A DNA stretch of 64,000 nt, taken from NCBI GenBank assembly GCA_965203325.1, contig OZ241875.1:3008001-3072000 (forward strand), in the 5' to 3' direction. This stretch comes from a bacterium (GTDB taxonomy: Bacteria; UBA8248). Within the stretch, counting starts at the first letter, position 1. Each line of letters starts with the position of its first letter. The notes beneath the pieces were generated by a model. It was not told the origin of the DNA. It saw nothing but the letters and a program-made list of their open reading frames with translations, and searched no databases. The position numbers and the translations under genes were made by a program. This document shows positions 1 through 10,237 of this stretch, piece after piece.

Positions 1-303
1 CCGCAGGTCAAGGAAGTGACGCAGCATTACCACGATGTCGTCGAGGAGATGCGCGAACAACTCGAAGACGTAGACGAGTCGCGCGATATCAAGCGCATCG
101 AAAGACTCATGAATGACGCGGTTCAGGAATGGGTGAATGCCGTCAGAGACCTCGGGGTGGAAGTCAAAGGCTTGTGGCTGGCGGATTTCGATTCGGGAGA
201 CGGCTATTACTACTGCTGGAAGCTCGGCGAGGACGACATCGAACATTTTCACAGCTACGACGGTGGATTCGCCGGGCGCCGTCCCATTTCGTTGCTGGAG
301 TAA
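1..303 (+). CDS. DUF2203-family protein, 5' end probably outside the window
   Basis: C-terminal pattern GVEVKG..L.DF......CWKLGE..I.HFH....GFAGRRPI typical of DUF2203. Confidence 0.75.
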   Translation, partial: PQVKEVTQHYHDVVEEMREQLEDVDESRDIKRIERLMNDAVQEWVNAVRDLGVEVKGLWLADFDSGDGYYYCWKLGEDDIEHFHSYDGGFAGRRPISLLE

Positions 304-409
304 GACTCGTTCTTCCTGACCGCGGCGCCGATTCGATTCCAGAAAATCAGCAGATGCCACGGCTCACGCCGGGCTGACGTGCGCCGGCTGGCGGGGGAAC
401 AGGTGCGTC

Positions 410-1630
410 CTAGCCGTATTGCAGTACCATGCCGGTGATCCCGCATTCGATGCAGCCGGCCACCTCGATGCAGCGCGAGTTCGCAGGCGGCATGACGACA
501 CCGGTGATGCCCTCTCTGTAGAATCGCTCGAAGGGATAGCGCCGCGCGATGGAGCGGCCCCCCACGAGCCGCATCGCGTGCTGCACCACCTTGGCGCAGA
601 CCTCGCACGAGATGTATTTGGACTGCATGACGGTTTTCACCGTGTTCTGGTTCGCCATGCCGTCGCCTTGTTCTTTCACGTGGCACGCCTCGTAGAGGAG
701 CATCCGCGCGGCCCTGAGCTCGGAGCTCAACTCGCCGATGCAGCTCTGGTACATTTCGTTGTGGCTCAGCGGTTCGGGGTTGGGCGGGTATTGCGTTGTT
801 TTCACGTATTCGACCAGGTGATTGTAGGCCCCTTCCGCGATGCCGAGGTAGGCGGCGGCAAAGCCTAAGTGGAACATGGTGATGTCGATTTTCCCCAGCG
901 CGCCGATGAAGTTTTCACCCCCCAGGATGTCCTCGTTCGGCACGAAGGTATCCTCGAAGATGATGTCGTCGCTCGCCGTTCCCCGCATCGACATGGTGTC
1001 CCACACCACCTCCACGGTTGAACCCGCGTAGTCCTTGTGGAGCACGGCGGTCATGATGGCCTCGGCGGCGGTCTTCTTCCCCTCCAGGAACCCGGTGGTG
1101 AAGTAGTAATCGGCGTGTTCACCTATCGAAGCGGAAATCTTCCTGCCGCTCAGGCGGTAGCCGCCCTCGACCGGAGAGAAGATGGACTTGAGCGTCACGA
1201 GATGGCGGAAGCTCATGCCGCGCTCCGCCGTGACGGAGGAGAACAGCTTTCCGTTCTCGACGATGTCGGGGAGCACGCGCTTTTTCTGCTCATCGTTCGC
1301 CAGGGCGAAAAAGAGGCTCACGCAGGTCTGGTGCATGTTCCAGGTCAGCGCGGTCGAAGCGCACGCCTTGCCCAGTTCGGCGAGCGCCATGTTGTAGGTG
1401 AGGGAATTTGCCCCCGAGCCGCCCCATTCCTCGGGGATGCACAGGGCGTTCAGGCCCGCGTCGGTGAGCAGTTTGTAGTTCTCGGTGGGGAAACGGCCCT
1501 CGCGGTCGATCTCGGCGGCCATCTCTTCCATCTGTGGCGCGAGGGCTTTTATTTTGTCGATGATTTCCTTGTCGTATTTCAAATCCATGAGCGTTTCGTA
1601 TGACTCACTCGCCGCGATTGGGGGACCCAT
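410..1630 (-). CDS. Acyl-CoA dehydrogenase family protein
   Basis: IPEEWGGSG, L.G.K...S, W..M.MRGT.S, GG....R...ERFYR motifs; ATG at 1630 follows an AGGAGG RBS. Confidence 0.9.
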   Translation of the reverse strand: MGPPIAASESYETLMDLKYDKEIIDKIKALAPQMEEMAAEIDREGRFPTENYKLLTDAGLNALCIPEEWGGSGANSLTYNMALAELGKACASTALTWNMHQTCVSLFFALANDEQKKRVLPDIVENGKLFSSVTAERGMSFRHLVTLKSIFSPVEGGYRLSGRKISASIGEHADYYFTTGFLEGKKTAAEAIMTAVLHKDYAGSTVEVVWDTMSMRGTASDDIIFEDTFVPNEDILGGENFIGALGKIDITMFHLGFAAAYLGIAEGAYNHLVEYVKTTQYPPNPEPLSHNEMYQSCIGELSSELRAARMLLYEACHVKEQGDGMANQNTVKTVMQSKYISCEVCAKVVQHAMRLVGGRSIARRYPFERFYREGITGVVMPPANSRCIEVAGCIECGITGMVLQYG

Positions 1631-2000
1631 TATTTTCCTCCTGTTCATCGAAGTGGATACCGCCTCACCTCGATCATCCAGACGGCAATCTACTGCAAGG
1701 GCCGAGCGAGAGGACATGCCCGACGCATCCCGTGTTCAACTCATCGTCATCTCTCTTTCTTCTCTCAGGATGGTTCTTCACCCGCTCGCACGTGCGAGAA
1801 AGTCGCGCCGTGCGCGCAGGCATCCCTGCTCGCCAAGCGGGTGAATGCCAATCCTGTCAGATGCCTCTCTGAGTTTGACAGCGCTTCATCGAGGCATGTA
1901 ATCTCCGCTGGGTTTTTCATACTTTAACCCATTGAGATAATTCGCGCATCCACTGCGAAACAAGTTTGGTTCGTTATCCTTGGATTTTGGGAGATTTTCC

Positions 2001-3002
2001 ATGCCTCCCCGCATACTCGTCTCCACCACCCCGTTCGGTGAGATCGACCCCAGGCCCATCGAGATGCTCGAAAGCGCAGGGGTGGAGTACGTGCGTAACA
2101 CGCTGGGCAAGCGGCCGAACGAAGACGAATTCGCCGGGATGATTCGCGAGGGCTTCGACGCCGTCATCGCGGGTCTGGAGCCCTTCACCCCGAGGATACT
2201 CGATTTGGCGAAAGGGCTGAGGTTCATCTCGCGCGCCACGGTGGGCCTTGAGACGGTGGATCTGAACGCGGCGAGGGAGAGAAACATTCTCGTCGCGAAT
2301 ACCCCCGGGGCCAACTCCGAAGCCGTGGCAGAACTGACGCTCACCCACCTGCTCTCGCTCCTGCGGGGCGTGCATCACTCGCACAACGCGCTCCTGCGCG
2401 GCGAGTGGCTCCAGTACATGGGCCGCACGCTCGATGAAATCACCCTGGGCGTCATCGGCGTAGGTCGCATCGGTAAGCAGGTGATACGCCACTTATCCGC
2501 ATTCGGGACGAGAATCATCGCGGACGACCTCGCGCCCGATCTGGAATTCGGCGAGCGCTACGGCGTGGAATGGGCAGGGAAAGAGGAAATCTACCGCTGC
2601 GCCGACGCCGTCTCCCTGCACGTTCCCGCCACGCCGAAGACGATTCACATGGTGGGGGAAGACGAAATCGCGATGATGAAAAAAGGCGCTTTTCTCATCA
2701 ACACGGCGCGCGGCGTCATCGTGGACGATGAGGCGCTCGCGCGCGCGCTGCGTTCGGGCCATTTGGGGGGCGCCGGGATCGACGTTTTCCCCGAAGAGCC
2801 CTACCGGGGAGCCCTGGTAGGAGCGCCCAACTGCATTCTCACCGCGCATCTCGGCGCACGGGCGCGCTCCTCGCGTCTGCAGATGGAACTCGACGCGACG
2901 GAAAACGTCTTGTGCTTTCTGGCGGGGGAGCCGATTCCGGGGCTCGTGCCGGATGAGGAATACGAGATGCAGCGCATCATCACCGCCGACGCGAGCGCGT
3001 AA
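2001..3002 (+). CDS. D-isomer-specific 2-hydroxyacid dehydrogenase (phosphoglycerate dehydrogenase-like)
   Basis: GVIGVGRIG Rossmann motif, INTARG, DVFPEEP, TAHLG. Confidence 0.9.
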   Translation: MPPRILVSTTPFGEIDPRPIEMLESAGVEYVRNTLGKRPNEDEFAGMIREGFDAVIAGLEPFTPRILDLAKGLRFISRATVGLETVDLNAARERNILVANTPGANSEAVAELTLTHLLSLLRGVHHSHNALLRGEWLQYMGRTLDEITLGVIGVGRIGKQVIRHLSAFGTRIIADDLAPDLEFGERYGVEWAGKEEIYRCADAVSLHVPATPKTIHMVGEDEIAMMKKGAFLINTARGVIVDDEALARALRSGHLGGAGIDVFPEEPYRGALVGAPNCILTAHLGARARSSRLQMELDATENVLCFLAGEPIPGLVPDEEYEMQRIITADASA

Positions 3003-3042
3003 ACCTGGGAGGGGAGCCCCTCCCGAAAAATGGAGCCATCCG

Positions 3043-3807
3043 ATGCCCAAGACACCTGATTATTTCGCGGGAAAAACCATCATCGTCACCGGCGCGGCCA
3101 GCGGCATCGGCAAGGAGACCTCGCTCATATTCGGGCGCGAGGGGGCCAACGTCTTCTGCGCGGACCTGGACGAGGAAGGCGCCGCCGAAATAGCCGAGCG
3201 CGTTACGGAAAGCGGGGGCCGGGGCGTTCACATGAAGGTGGACGTCACCTCGCGCGAGGAGGCGTTCGAGATGACGAGGCGCGCCAGGGAGCGGTTCGGC
3301 CGGGTCGATTTCTCGCTCAACTCCGCAGGGGCGGCTCTCAGGCGCTCCGATTTTCTGGGCATCGACGACGATTTGTGGGAGCGGACGTTCGACCTGAACG
3401 TCAAGGGCGTTTTCTACTGCATGCAGGCCGCGATTCCCGAAATGCTCGAAAACGGCGGGGGCGTCATCGTCAACATCGGGAGCATGGCGCACAAGCGCGG
3501 CGGGCCGGGCCACTCGGTGCACTACGCGGCGGCCAAGGGCGCGGTGGTGACGATGAGCATGGGCGTGGGCCGCGAATACGCCGATAAGGGAATCCGGTGC
3601 ATGTCCATATCGCCGGGACCCATCGACACGCCGTTTCACGACGTCTCCTCGGAGGAACTCAGGGAATCGATGCGCGCTCAGATACCGATGGGCCGCTTCG
3701 GCACGCCGGAGGAAATCGGCGAACTGGTGTTGTTCATGTGTTCGGATGCGTGCGCGTTCATGACGGCGGATACCGTGTACGTGAACGGCGGCGGGGGCTG
3801 GAAGTAG
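3043..3807 (+). CDS. SDR family oxidoreductase
   Basis: TGAASGIG, YAAAK catalytic motif, PGPIDT, IPMGRFG. Confidence 0.92.
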   Translation: MPKTPDYFAGKTIIVTGAASGIGKETSLIFGREGANVFCADLDEEGAAEIAERVTESGGRGVHMKVDVTSREEAFEMTRRARERFGRVDFSLNSAGAALRRSDFLGIDDDLWERTFDLNVKGVFYCMQAAIPEMLENGGGVIVNIGSMAHKRGGPGHSVHYAAAKGAVVTMSMGVGREYADKGIRCMSISPGPIDTPFHDVSSEELRESMRAQIPMGRFGTPEEIGELVLFMCSDACAFMTADTVYVNGGGGWK

Positions 3808-3816
3808 CGCGCTGGA

Positions 3817-4041
3817 TCATCTTCTCGAAAAAAGGTTCAGGAGCAGCGTCAGCACGATGCTGATCACGATGCAGGTCACCACCGGGAAGGAAAAGCTCCA
3901 GTTCTTGCCCTTCAGGTGAATATCGCCGGGCAGTTTTCCCAGAAACGGAATCTTGGGCGCCAGGACGAACACCACACCTAAGACCATCAGGACTGCGCCG
4001 AGCAGAATCAGTGTTTTACCGAGACCGCCGAATGGCTCCAT
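3817..4041 (-). CDS. DUF2905 family small membrane protein
   Basis: GKLPGDI....NWSFSFPVVTCIVIS signature; directly downstream of ruvB. Confidence 0.85.
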   Translation of the reverse strand: MEPFGGLGKTLILLGAVLMVLGVVFVLAPKIPFLGKLPGDIHLKGKNWSFSFPVVTCIVISIVLTLLLNLFSRR

Positions 4042-4056
4042 CTGTTTTCATTCCCC

Positions 4057-5121
4057 TTAAGCGGACGTATCGGTTTCCTCGTCCTTCGCGGCGCCCTCCC
4101 AAAGTTCTCGCTGGGCCCCTTGGGGTAGCGCGACGCCCAAGTGCGCATATGCCGCCGATGGCGCGCGCCTGCCGCCGCGCGTTCGCTGCACGAAACCCGC
4201 CCGCAGCAAGAACGGCTCCACCATGTCCACCAGGGTGTCCGACTCCTCGTTCATGGTGGCGGCGATGGCCTCCACCCCCACCGGGCCGCCGCCGTATTGA
4301 TCGATGATCGTCCGCAGGTACTTCCTGTCCAGCGCGTCCAGGCCCAGTTCGTCCACGCCCTCCATGGCGAGCGCCTCGCGTGTTTTGGATAGGCTGATGG
4401 CGCCGTCTCCCCGCGCCTGAGAGAAATCGCGCGTCCAGAGCAGGAGCCGGTTCGCCGTCCGGGGTGTGCCCCGGCTTCTTCGGGCGAGTTCGCGCGCCGC
4501 CTCCTCTTCAATCGGAGCGTCGAGGCGCACGGCGCTTCGAAGGAGTATCTGCACGAGTTCTTCTTCGGAATAGAAATCCACGTGGTAGACGAGATAGAAG
4601 CGCTCTCTCAAGGCGGCTGTCAGGGCGCCGGGGCGCGTCGTGGCGCCCACGGCCGTGAATATCTTCAAGGGGAAATTGATGGTGCGGGCCATGGGACCGC
4701 GGTCCACGACGAAGTCAACCCGGTAATCCTCCATCGCGGGGTAGAGGAATTCCTCCACCGCGCTGGGCATCCGGTGGATCTCGTCGATGAACAGCACGTC
4801 GCCCTGCTGTAAGCCCGTGAGGATTCCCATGAGGTCGGCCGGTCTCGATAGGGAGGGGCCGGAGGTCTTGACGAGGCGGGTGCCCATTTCTTCCGAGATG
4901 ATGTGAGAAAGCGTGGTTTTCCCCAGACCCGGCGGTCCGTGAAAGAGAATGTGGCCCAGGGGCTCGTTTCTCTTGCGTGATGCCTCGAGCGCAATCCGCA
5001 GCTTGGCCACGAGTTCTGCCTGGCCCACGTATTCTTCGAGCTTCGTGGGTCTCAGCGAGGTGAAGGTACGCTCCTCCGCCGGGCTCGCCGCCTTCGCACT
5101 CACGCGCCGCTCGATGACCAT
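4057..5121 (-). CDS. ruvB: Holliday junction branch migration helicase RuvB
   Basis: LRP..L.EYVGQ, GPPGLGKTT, FIDEIHR, RSRGTPR, GGPVG. Confidence 0.97.
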   Translation of the reverse strand: MVIERRVSAKAASPAEERTFTSLRPTKLEEYVGQAELVAKLRIALEASRKRNEPLGHILFHGPPGLGKTTLSHIISEEMGTRLVKTSGPSLSRPADLMGILTGLQQGDVLFIDEIHRMPSAVEEFLYPAMEDYRVDFVVDRGPMARTINFPLKIFTAVGATTRPGALTAALRERFYLVYHVDFYSEEELVQILLRSAVRLDAPIEEEAARELARRSRGTPRTANRLLLWTRDFSQARGDGAISLSKTREALAMEGVDELGLDALDRKYLRTIIDQYGGGPVGVEAIAATMNEESDTLVDMVEPFLLRAGFVQRTRGGRRAPSAAYAHLGVALPQGAQRELWEGAAKDEETDTSA

Positions 5122-5131
5122 GTTTTTCTCC

Positions 5132-5767
5132 CTACCGGCTCAGCCGGAACACTTCCTGCAGGATGGCCTCGGCCTCCGCGTCCGTTCCCAGTTCGGCGAC
5201 GGCGCGCTCCACGAGGTTCTCCGCCTCGGGCGTGCGGTAGCCCAACTGCCCCACCAGCACGGCCATGACGTCCCCGTACAGGGGCGCGGCTTCTTGACGC
5301 TCCGCAGCCGGAGGCGCAACCTCTCCCGCGAGTTGAAGCTCCGCGATCTCCTCTCTGAGCGTCGAGATTACCTGCTCCGCCTTTTTCCGGCCGATGCCGG
5401 GCAGTTTGGTGAGCATGGTGGCGTTCGCCGCCGCGATGGCTTCCGCGATCTGGAGGGGGGGCAGGCTCATCGCCCGCACGCCGCTCTTGGGGCTGATGCC
5501 GGGCACTTTGATGAAAGAGAGGAAAAAGGATCTTTCTTCCGCGGAGAGGAACCCCACCAGCCGTGGCAGGAGCTGTCCCGTGGCCACGTTTCCCTCCAGG
5601 TAGTGATGGGTGTGGAGTTCCACCGCCTCGCGCGCGCCCATGAGCGCCTGGAGTTCATGCACCGCGTATCCGCCCACCTGGATTTCATAGGCGACCCCGG
5701 TCGGCGTCTTCAAGATGACGCATTCGGCCTGGACGTCGATGATCTCGCCCGATATCTGGCGGATCAT
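5132..5767 (-). CDS. ruvA: Holliday junction branch migration protein RuvA
   Basis: MI..I.G start, two HhH motifs (VPGISPK, LPGIGRK); lies between ruvC and ruvB. Confidence 0.93.
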   Translation of the reverse strand: MIRQISGEIIDVQAECVILKTPTGVAYEIQVGGYAVHELQALMGAREAVELHTHHYLEGNVATGQLLPRLVGFLSAEERSFFLSFIKVPGISPKSGVRAMSLPPLQIAEAIAAANATMLTKLPGIGRKKAEQVISTLREEIAELQLAGEVAPPAAERQEAAPLYGDVMAVLVGQLGYRTPEAENLVERAVAELGTDAEAEAILQEVFRLSR

Positions 5768-6297
5768 GAGCCGCTCCCGACCGCCTGAGCGCGCCTCAAG
5801 TGGCTGCGGTCGATGTGGCAGTACGCGGCGGCGATGGCGTCGGCCACGTCCGCGGGTTCGGGCAGATCGTGCAATCTGAGCCGCTGCTGGACCATGTGCT
5901 GCACCTGCGCCTTCGTGGCGCGTCCGGCGCCGACGAGCGATTTCTTGACCTCCGTGGCCGCATAGCTGACCACGGGAACATCCGCCTGCGATGCGGCGAG
6001 GAAAATCACCCCCCGCGCGTGTCCCATGATGATGGAGGTGCGGGGGTGCTTGTAGTGGCTGTAGAGGTTTTCCACGGCCATGACGTGGGGCTCGTTCGTC
6101 TCGATGATGTGGGCGAGGTCCCTGTGCAACTCATAGAGGCGCTTCTCGATGGGTGCGCTCGGGTCGTTTTTGAGGATGCCGCCGTCCACCAGGCTCGGTT
6201 CGTATTCGCCCTCATCGAGGCGCAAGACGGCGTAGCCCGTCACGCCAAGGCCGGGGTCCACGCCCAGCACGCGGAATGTGTTTTCAGGTTGCGTCAA
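5764..6297 (-). CDS. ruvC: Crossover junction endodeoxyribonuclease RuvC
   Basis: LGVDPG...TGY, HARGV, G.GRA.K.QV, D.ADA. Confidence 0.95.
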   Translation of the reverse strand: MTQPENTFRVLGVDPGLGVTGYAVLRLDEGEYEPSLVDGGILKNDPSAPIEKRLYELHRDLAHIIETNEPHVMAVENLYSHYKHPRTSIIMGHARGVIFLAASQADVPVVSYAATEVKKSLVGAGRATKAQVQHMVQQRLRLHDLPEPADVADAIAAAYCHIDRSHLRRAQAVGSGS

Positions 6298-6328
6298 AAG
6301 AAAACCCCACGGGCGGTGGGTTGTGCGT

Positions 6329-7078
6329 TTATGCGGATGCTTCCGCCATCTGTTCTTCTGAAATGTCGAAGTTCGCGTAGACGTTCTGCACGTCGTCGTT
6401 GTCTTCGAGCGCCTCCATGAGGCGGAGCATCTGCTCGGCTTCCTTGCCCTCGAGCTTCACCGTCGATTTGGGTAGCATGGCGAGCTCGGTCGACTCCGTC
6501 GGTATCCCGCTTTGCTCGAGCGCCTCGCGCACGGTCTCGAACGCATCCGGCGAGGTATGGATTTCGAACAGATCATCGGTGGATTCGAAGTCCTCCGCCC
6601 CCGCTTCGAGGGCGAGTTCCATGAGCGTTTCCTCGTCCACGCTCTCCTGGGGGACGAGGAACAGTCCTTTTTTCTCGAAGTTCCACGCCACGGCGTTCGG
6701 CTCGGCCATGGTGCCGTTGTTCTTCGTCAGGATATGGCGGATTTCGGCGCCGGTACGGTTCCGGTTGTCGGTGAGCACAGAGATGAGAATCGCCACGCCG
6801 TTGGGGCCGTAGCCCTCATAGGCGCATTCCTCGTAGTTCACGCCCTCGAGGTCGCCCGTCCCCTTGGCGATGGCGCGCGTGATGTTGTCCTGGGGCATGT
6901 TGGCCCCTTTCGCCGTCTGAATCGCCGTGCGCAAGCGGGGGTTGCCGTCGGGGTCTCCCCCGCCGAGACGGGCCGCGATGGTGATCTCCTTGATGAGTTT
7001 CGTGAAAATCTTGCCGCGCTTGGCGTCGAGTGCGCCTTTTTTCCGCTTGATGGTGCTCCATTTGGAATGACCGGACAT
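6329..7078 (-). CDS. yebC: YebC/PmpR family protein
   Basis: [35 protein letters not shown]. Confidence 0.97.
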   Translation of the reverse strand: MSGHSKWSTIKRKKGALDAKRGKIFTKLIKEITIAARLGGGDPDGNPRLRTAIQTAKGANMPQDNITRAIAKGTGDLEGVNYEECAYEGYGPNGVAILISVLTDNRNRTGAEIRHILTKNNGTMAEPNAVAWNFEKKGLFLVPQESVDEETLMELALEAGAEDFESTDDLFEIHTSPDAFETVREALEQSGIPTESTELAMLPKSTVKLEGKEAEQMLRLMEALEDNDDVQNVYANFDISEEQMAEASA

Positions 7079-7319
7079 GACGGATCCTCCTGCGATTCAC
7101 CTGCGGTGGGTTCCATCCCTCTCCATCCGAAGGGCATTCGTCTTCATGAGGCATTCTGACTATAATTTCTAGCATGGGGGGCGATGGGAGTAAAGACTTG
7201 GGCCTGCCGGGCCCGGTCTCGAATAGCCCCGCGTGGACACCTTGGTGATGGGGTGATATTTTTCCGCCAGACGTTTCCGGGGAGGATGAGTTCTGGGCTC
7301 TCAAAAAAGTGTATCATCG

Positions 7320-8282
7320 ATGAATCCCGTCGAAAGAGGCGCGCGGACGCTTCGGATCGAGGCCGAGGCGCTCGCCGGGCTCATCGAGCGGCTGGACGAG
7401 GGGTTTATCCAGGCGGTCGATATCGTTCTGGGGTGTAAGGGCAAGGTCGCGGTCACCGGCATGGGGAAGAGCGGGCTGATCGGGCAGAAGATCTCCGCCA
7501 CTCTCGCGAGCACGGGCACGCCCTCTTATTTTCTGCACCCTGCCGAGGGCGTCCACGGCGATTTGGGCATGGTGACGAAAGACGACGCCGTCGTCGCGCT
7601 CTCCTACAGCGGCGAGACGGACGAGGTGGTGCGCATCCTGCCCGTCTTCGCCCGTCTGGGCGCACCGCTCATCGCCATCACCGGGACCGAGAACTCCACC
7701 CTCTGGCGCGCGGCGCAGGCCGTGTTGAACATTCACGTGAAAGAAGAAGCCTGCCCGATTCAGCTTGCGCCGACGGCGAGCAGCACCGCCGCCCTGGCCA
7801 TGGGCGATGCGCTGGCAATGGCCGTTCTGGAGGCGCGGGGGTTTCAGCCCGAGGATTTCGCGCGCTTTCATCCCGGCGGGGTTTTGGGGAAGAAGCTCAT
7901 TCGCGTGAAAGAGCTGATGGTCACGGGCGATAACATCCCGCAAGTAGAAGAAGGAGCATCTCTGGCTCAGGTCGTGCGCGAGATGAGCGCCAAGAGGCTG
8001 GGGATGACGTGCGTGACGGGTCCCGGGCAGGAACTGCGTGGCGTCGTCACGGACGGGGACTTGAGGCGCGCGTTGGAGAACACCGAAGCGCTGCCCGATT
8101 TGAAGGCCGCTGATTTGATGACGTCCGCTCCGAAGACGATCGACCAGGACGAGATGGCCGCCGCCGCGGTTCAGATGATGGAAGCGGGCGCCATCACATG
8201 CCTGGCGGTCACCGCCGGCGCAGATGGACGCTTGGCGGGCGTGCTGCATCTGCACCATCTGTTGCGCGCGGGCGTGGTGTAA
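7320..8282 (+). CDS. kdsD: KpsF/GutQ family arabinose-5-phosphate isomerase (SIS domain + CBS pair)
   Basis: GMGKSG, STGTP, HGDLG, APT.S, FHPGG.LG, C-terminal CBS domains. Confidence 0.9.
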   Translation: MNPVERGARTLRIEAEALAGLIERLDEGFIQAVDIVLGCKGKVAVTGMGKSGLIGQKISATLASTGTPSYFLHPAEGVHGDLGMVTKDDAVVALSYSGETDEVVRILPVFARLGAPLIAITGTENSTLWRAAQAVLNIHVKEEACPIQLAPTASSTAALAMGDALAMAVLEARGFQPEDFARFHPGGVLGKKLIRVKELMVTGDNIPQVEEGASLAQVVREMSAKRLGMTCVTGPGQELRGVVTDGDLRRALENTEALPDLKAADLMTSAPKTIDQDEMAAAAVQMMEAGAITCLAVTAGADGRLAGVLHLHHLLRAGVV

Positions 8283-8339
8283 GCGTTTTCCCCTCAGGCT
8301 GAATTCTCGAATCATCCGGGCGCGGCATCGGCCCGTCCC

Positions 8340-9083
8340 TCACTTCCACCCCGAAGGCCCGAAAATCAGCAAAGCCAGCGCTGCGGCTATCATCAACCCC
8401 AGGCCAACCGTGAAGCCGATGGCGGGCGGGATGCGTCCGCGAAGCAGCCTGCCCAGCAGGAATCCGGCGGCGGCGGGCAGAATCGATACGGCGGAGCGCG
8501 CCGATTCAAAGGCTCCCAGCGCGCCCGAGCCGCTCAGGATGGCAATCTGAACGCTCGCGAACACAAGTGCTGCGGTGTAGGTGAGCCGCATCATCCGGGC
8601 GCGTCCCGCGCCCGTGCTGTCGAGATACATGATGCTGATGGGGTTGCCCGCGTATGAAAAGCCACTCAGCCCGCCCGTGAAGAACCCGGCCAGATAGGTG
8701 AAGAAGGTCTCATCGCGCATGTCGAGTTGGACTCTCTGCCGCGAGATGCTGTAGACGGCGAACAACAGGACGAGGACGCCCACCGACCACTTGAGGAACG
8801 TGGGCGGGCTGGCGAGCAGGGTCAGGGCGCCCACGGCGGCGCCCGCCGCGCCCGCGCCCAGGAAAGGCATGAGGCGCTTGAGCGAGGGGGCGGGAACGCC
8901 GCCTCCGATCGCGCGAATCGCCATGAGAATCAGGTTCGGCAGCGAGAGGGTGAGCACGGAATCGCGCACGCCGATGAGAGCGCCCAGCGCCGGCGTCGCC
9001 AGGAGGCCGAAGTCTATCCCTGCGGCTCCCTCGAGAAAGGCTGCGGCGAAAACGAGAAGCGTGATATCCCAGGTAGGCCACAT
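8340..9083 (-). CDS. TauE/SafE (TSUP) family membrane transporter
   Basis: About 8 hydrophobic segments, G.aG..FGL..TP N-terminal motif, 247 aa. Confidence 0.75.
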   Translation of the reverse strand: MWPTWDITLLVFAAAFLEGAAGIDFGLLATPALGALIGVRDSVLTLSLPNLILMAIRAIGGGVPAPSLKRLMPFLGAGAAGAAVGALTLLASPPTFLKWSVGVLVLLFAVYSISRQRVQLDMRDETFFTYLAGFFTGGLSGFSYAGNPISIMYLDSTGAGRARMMRLTYTAALVFASVQIAILSGSGALGAFESARSAVSILPAAAGFLLGRLLRGRIPPAIGFTVGLGLMIAAALALLIFGPSGWK

Positions 9084-9101
9084 CGGTTCGGGCGTATCCG
9101 G

Positions 9102-10085
9102 CTAGAGGTTCAACAGGCGCTGGATGTTCTTGTGCGAGACGTTCTCGTATTCTTCCTGGCTCAGTCCCGACTGCCTGAGCGTTTCGACCGCCTCGGTGTC
9201 CGTCATGTCGTAGGGCAGGTCCGTGCCCAGCACGACCCGGTCTCCCCCCATCACGTCCACCAGGAAGCGCACGACGGGCGGATGAAACACCAGCATGTCC
9301 AGATAGAAGTTCGAGCGCAGATATTCCAGCGGCGGACGCGATATTTTCTTGCACTCGGGCCGTACCTTCCAGCCGTGGGCGAAGCGGCCGACCAGATAAG
9401 GCGCGGTTCCACCGCCGTGCAGGAAGATGAAGGTCAGGTTCGGCAGCCTGTCGAATATGCCGGAGAAGATGAGCCGTCCGATGCTGTTCGCGCTCTCCGT
9501 GGGGAACCCGACGAGGTTGAACAGGTGGTATTCCTTCATCTGCGCCGCACCCGCCGGGTTGGCCGGATGAACGATGATGGGCACGTCCATGCCGGCCGCC
9601 GCCTCGTAGATGGGGTAGAAACGCTCATCGTCGAGATAGCGGCCGTTCACGTTCGTGCTCAAAAACCCGCCCTTGAGGCCCAGCTTGTTGACGGAGCGTT
9701 CGAGTTCCTTGACCGATAGGTCGGTGTTCTGCGCGGGGAGCGAGGCCAGGCCATGAAATTTCGTGGGGTGTTTCTCGATAATGTCGGCGTAGGCGTCGTT
9801 CGCCGCCCGGCAGAGTTCATCGGCCAGCCCGTCGTCCGCCCAATAGCAGCCCGGGTTCGATGAGAAAGACAGTATGTTCATGTCCAGGTTCATCTCGTCC
9901 ATGGTCTGGAGCCTTAAATCCACGTTGGTGAAAGGCTCGATGGGCGGGTGCATCATGCCCTTGATGTCCACGATGCGCTTGCCTTCCGCGTTCGTTACGA
10001 GCTTGACGCCGTAGCGCGGGCCCTCTTTTTCCAGGATTTCGAAGTATTCGTCCGGGTATATGTGGCAATGAGCGTCGATGTGCAT
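9102..10085 (-). CDS. Amidohydrolase_2 family (ACMSD-like decarboxylase/hydratase)
   Basis: IDAHCH, VHP, HGGG..PY..GR, GTD.PY. Confidence 0.88.
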   Translation of the reverse strand: MHIDAHCHIYPDEYFEILEKEGPRYGVKLVTNAEGKRIVDIKGMMHPPIEPFTNVDLRLQTMDEMNLDMNILSFSSNPGCYWADDGLADELCRAANDAYADIIEKHPTKFHGLASLPAQNTDLSVKELERSVNKLGLKGGFLSTNVNGRYLDDERFYPIYEAAAGMDVPIIVHPANPAGAAQMKEYHLFNLVGFPTESANSIGRLIFSGIFDRLPNLTFIFLHGGGTAPYLVGRFAHGWKVRPECKKISRPPLEYLRSNFYLDMLVFHPPVVRFLVDVMGGDRVVLGTDLPYDMTDTEAVETLRQSGLSQEEYENVSHKNIQRLLNL

Positions 10086-10237
10086 TCTTATCGTCTCCGT
10101 GATGGGAAAGGTCGAACCGGATTGTTAGCACCCGTGAACGAGAGGTGTCAATGAGGAGGCGTTATCAGGCCGGTGGAGTACTGGGAAGAGGGATGGGATG
10201 AGTTCTGAAGACTACAGGGTCGTCAAGGGGTGAAAAT

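Noticed and set aside
7174..7190. catggggggcgat resembling the tmRNA 5' end
   Set aside because: Short G-rich match with no tRNA-like structure after it
10140..10215. Fluoride-riboswitch-like fragment (CTGATAACGCCT on the minus strand)
   Set aside because: The required upstream GGnGATG helix is missing on that strand
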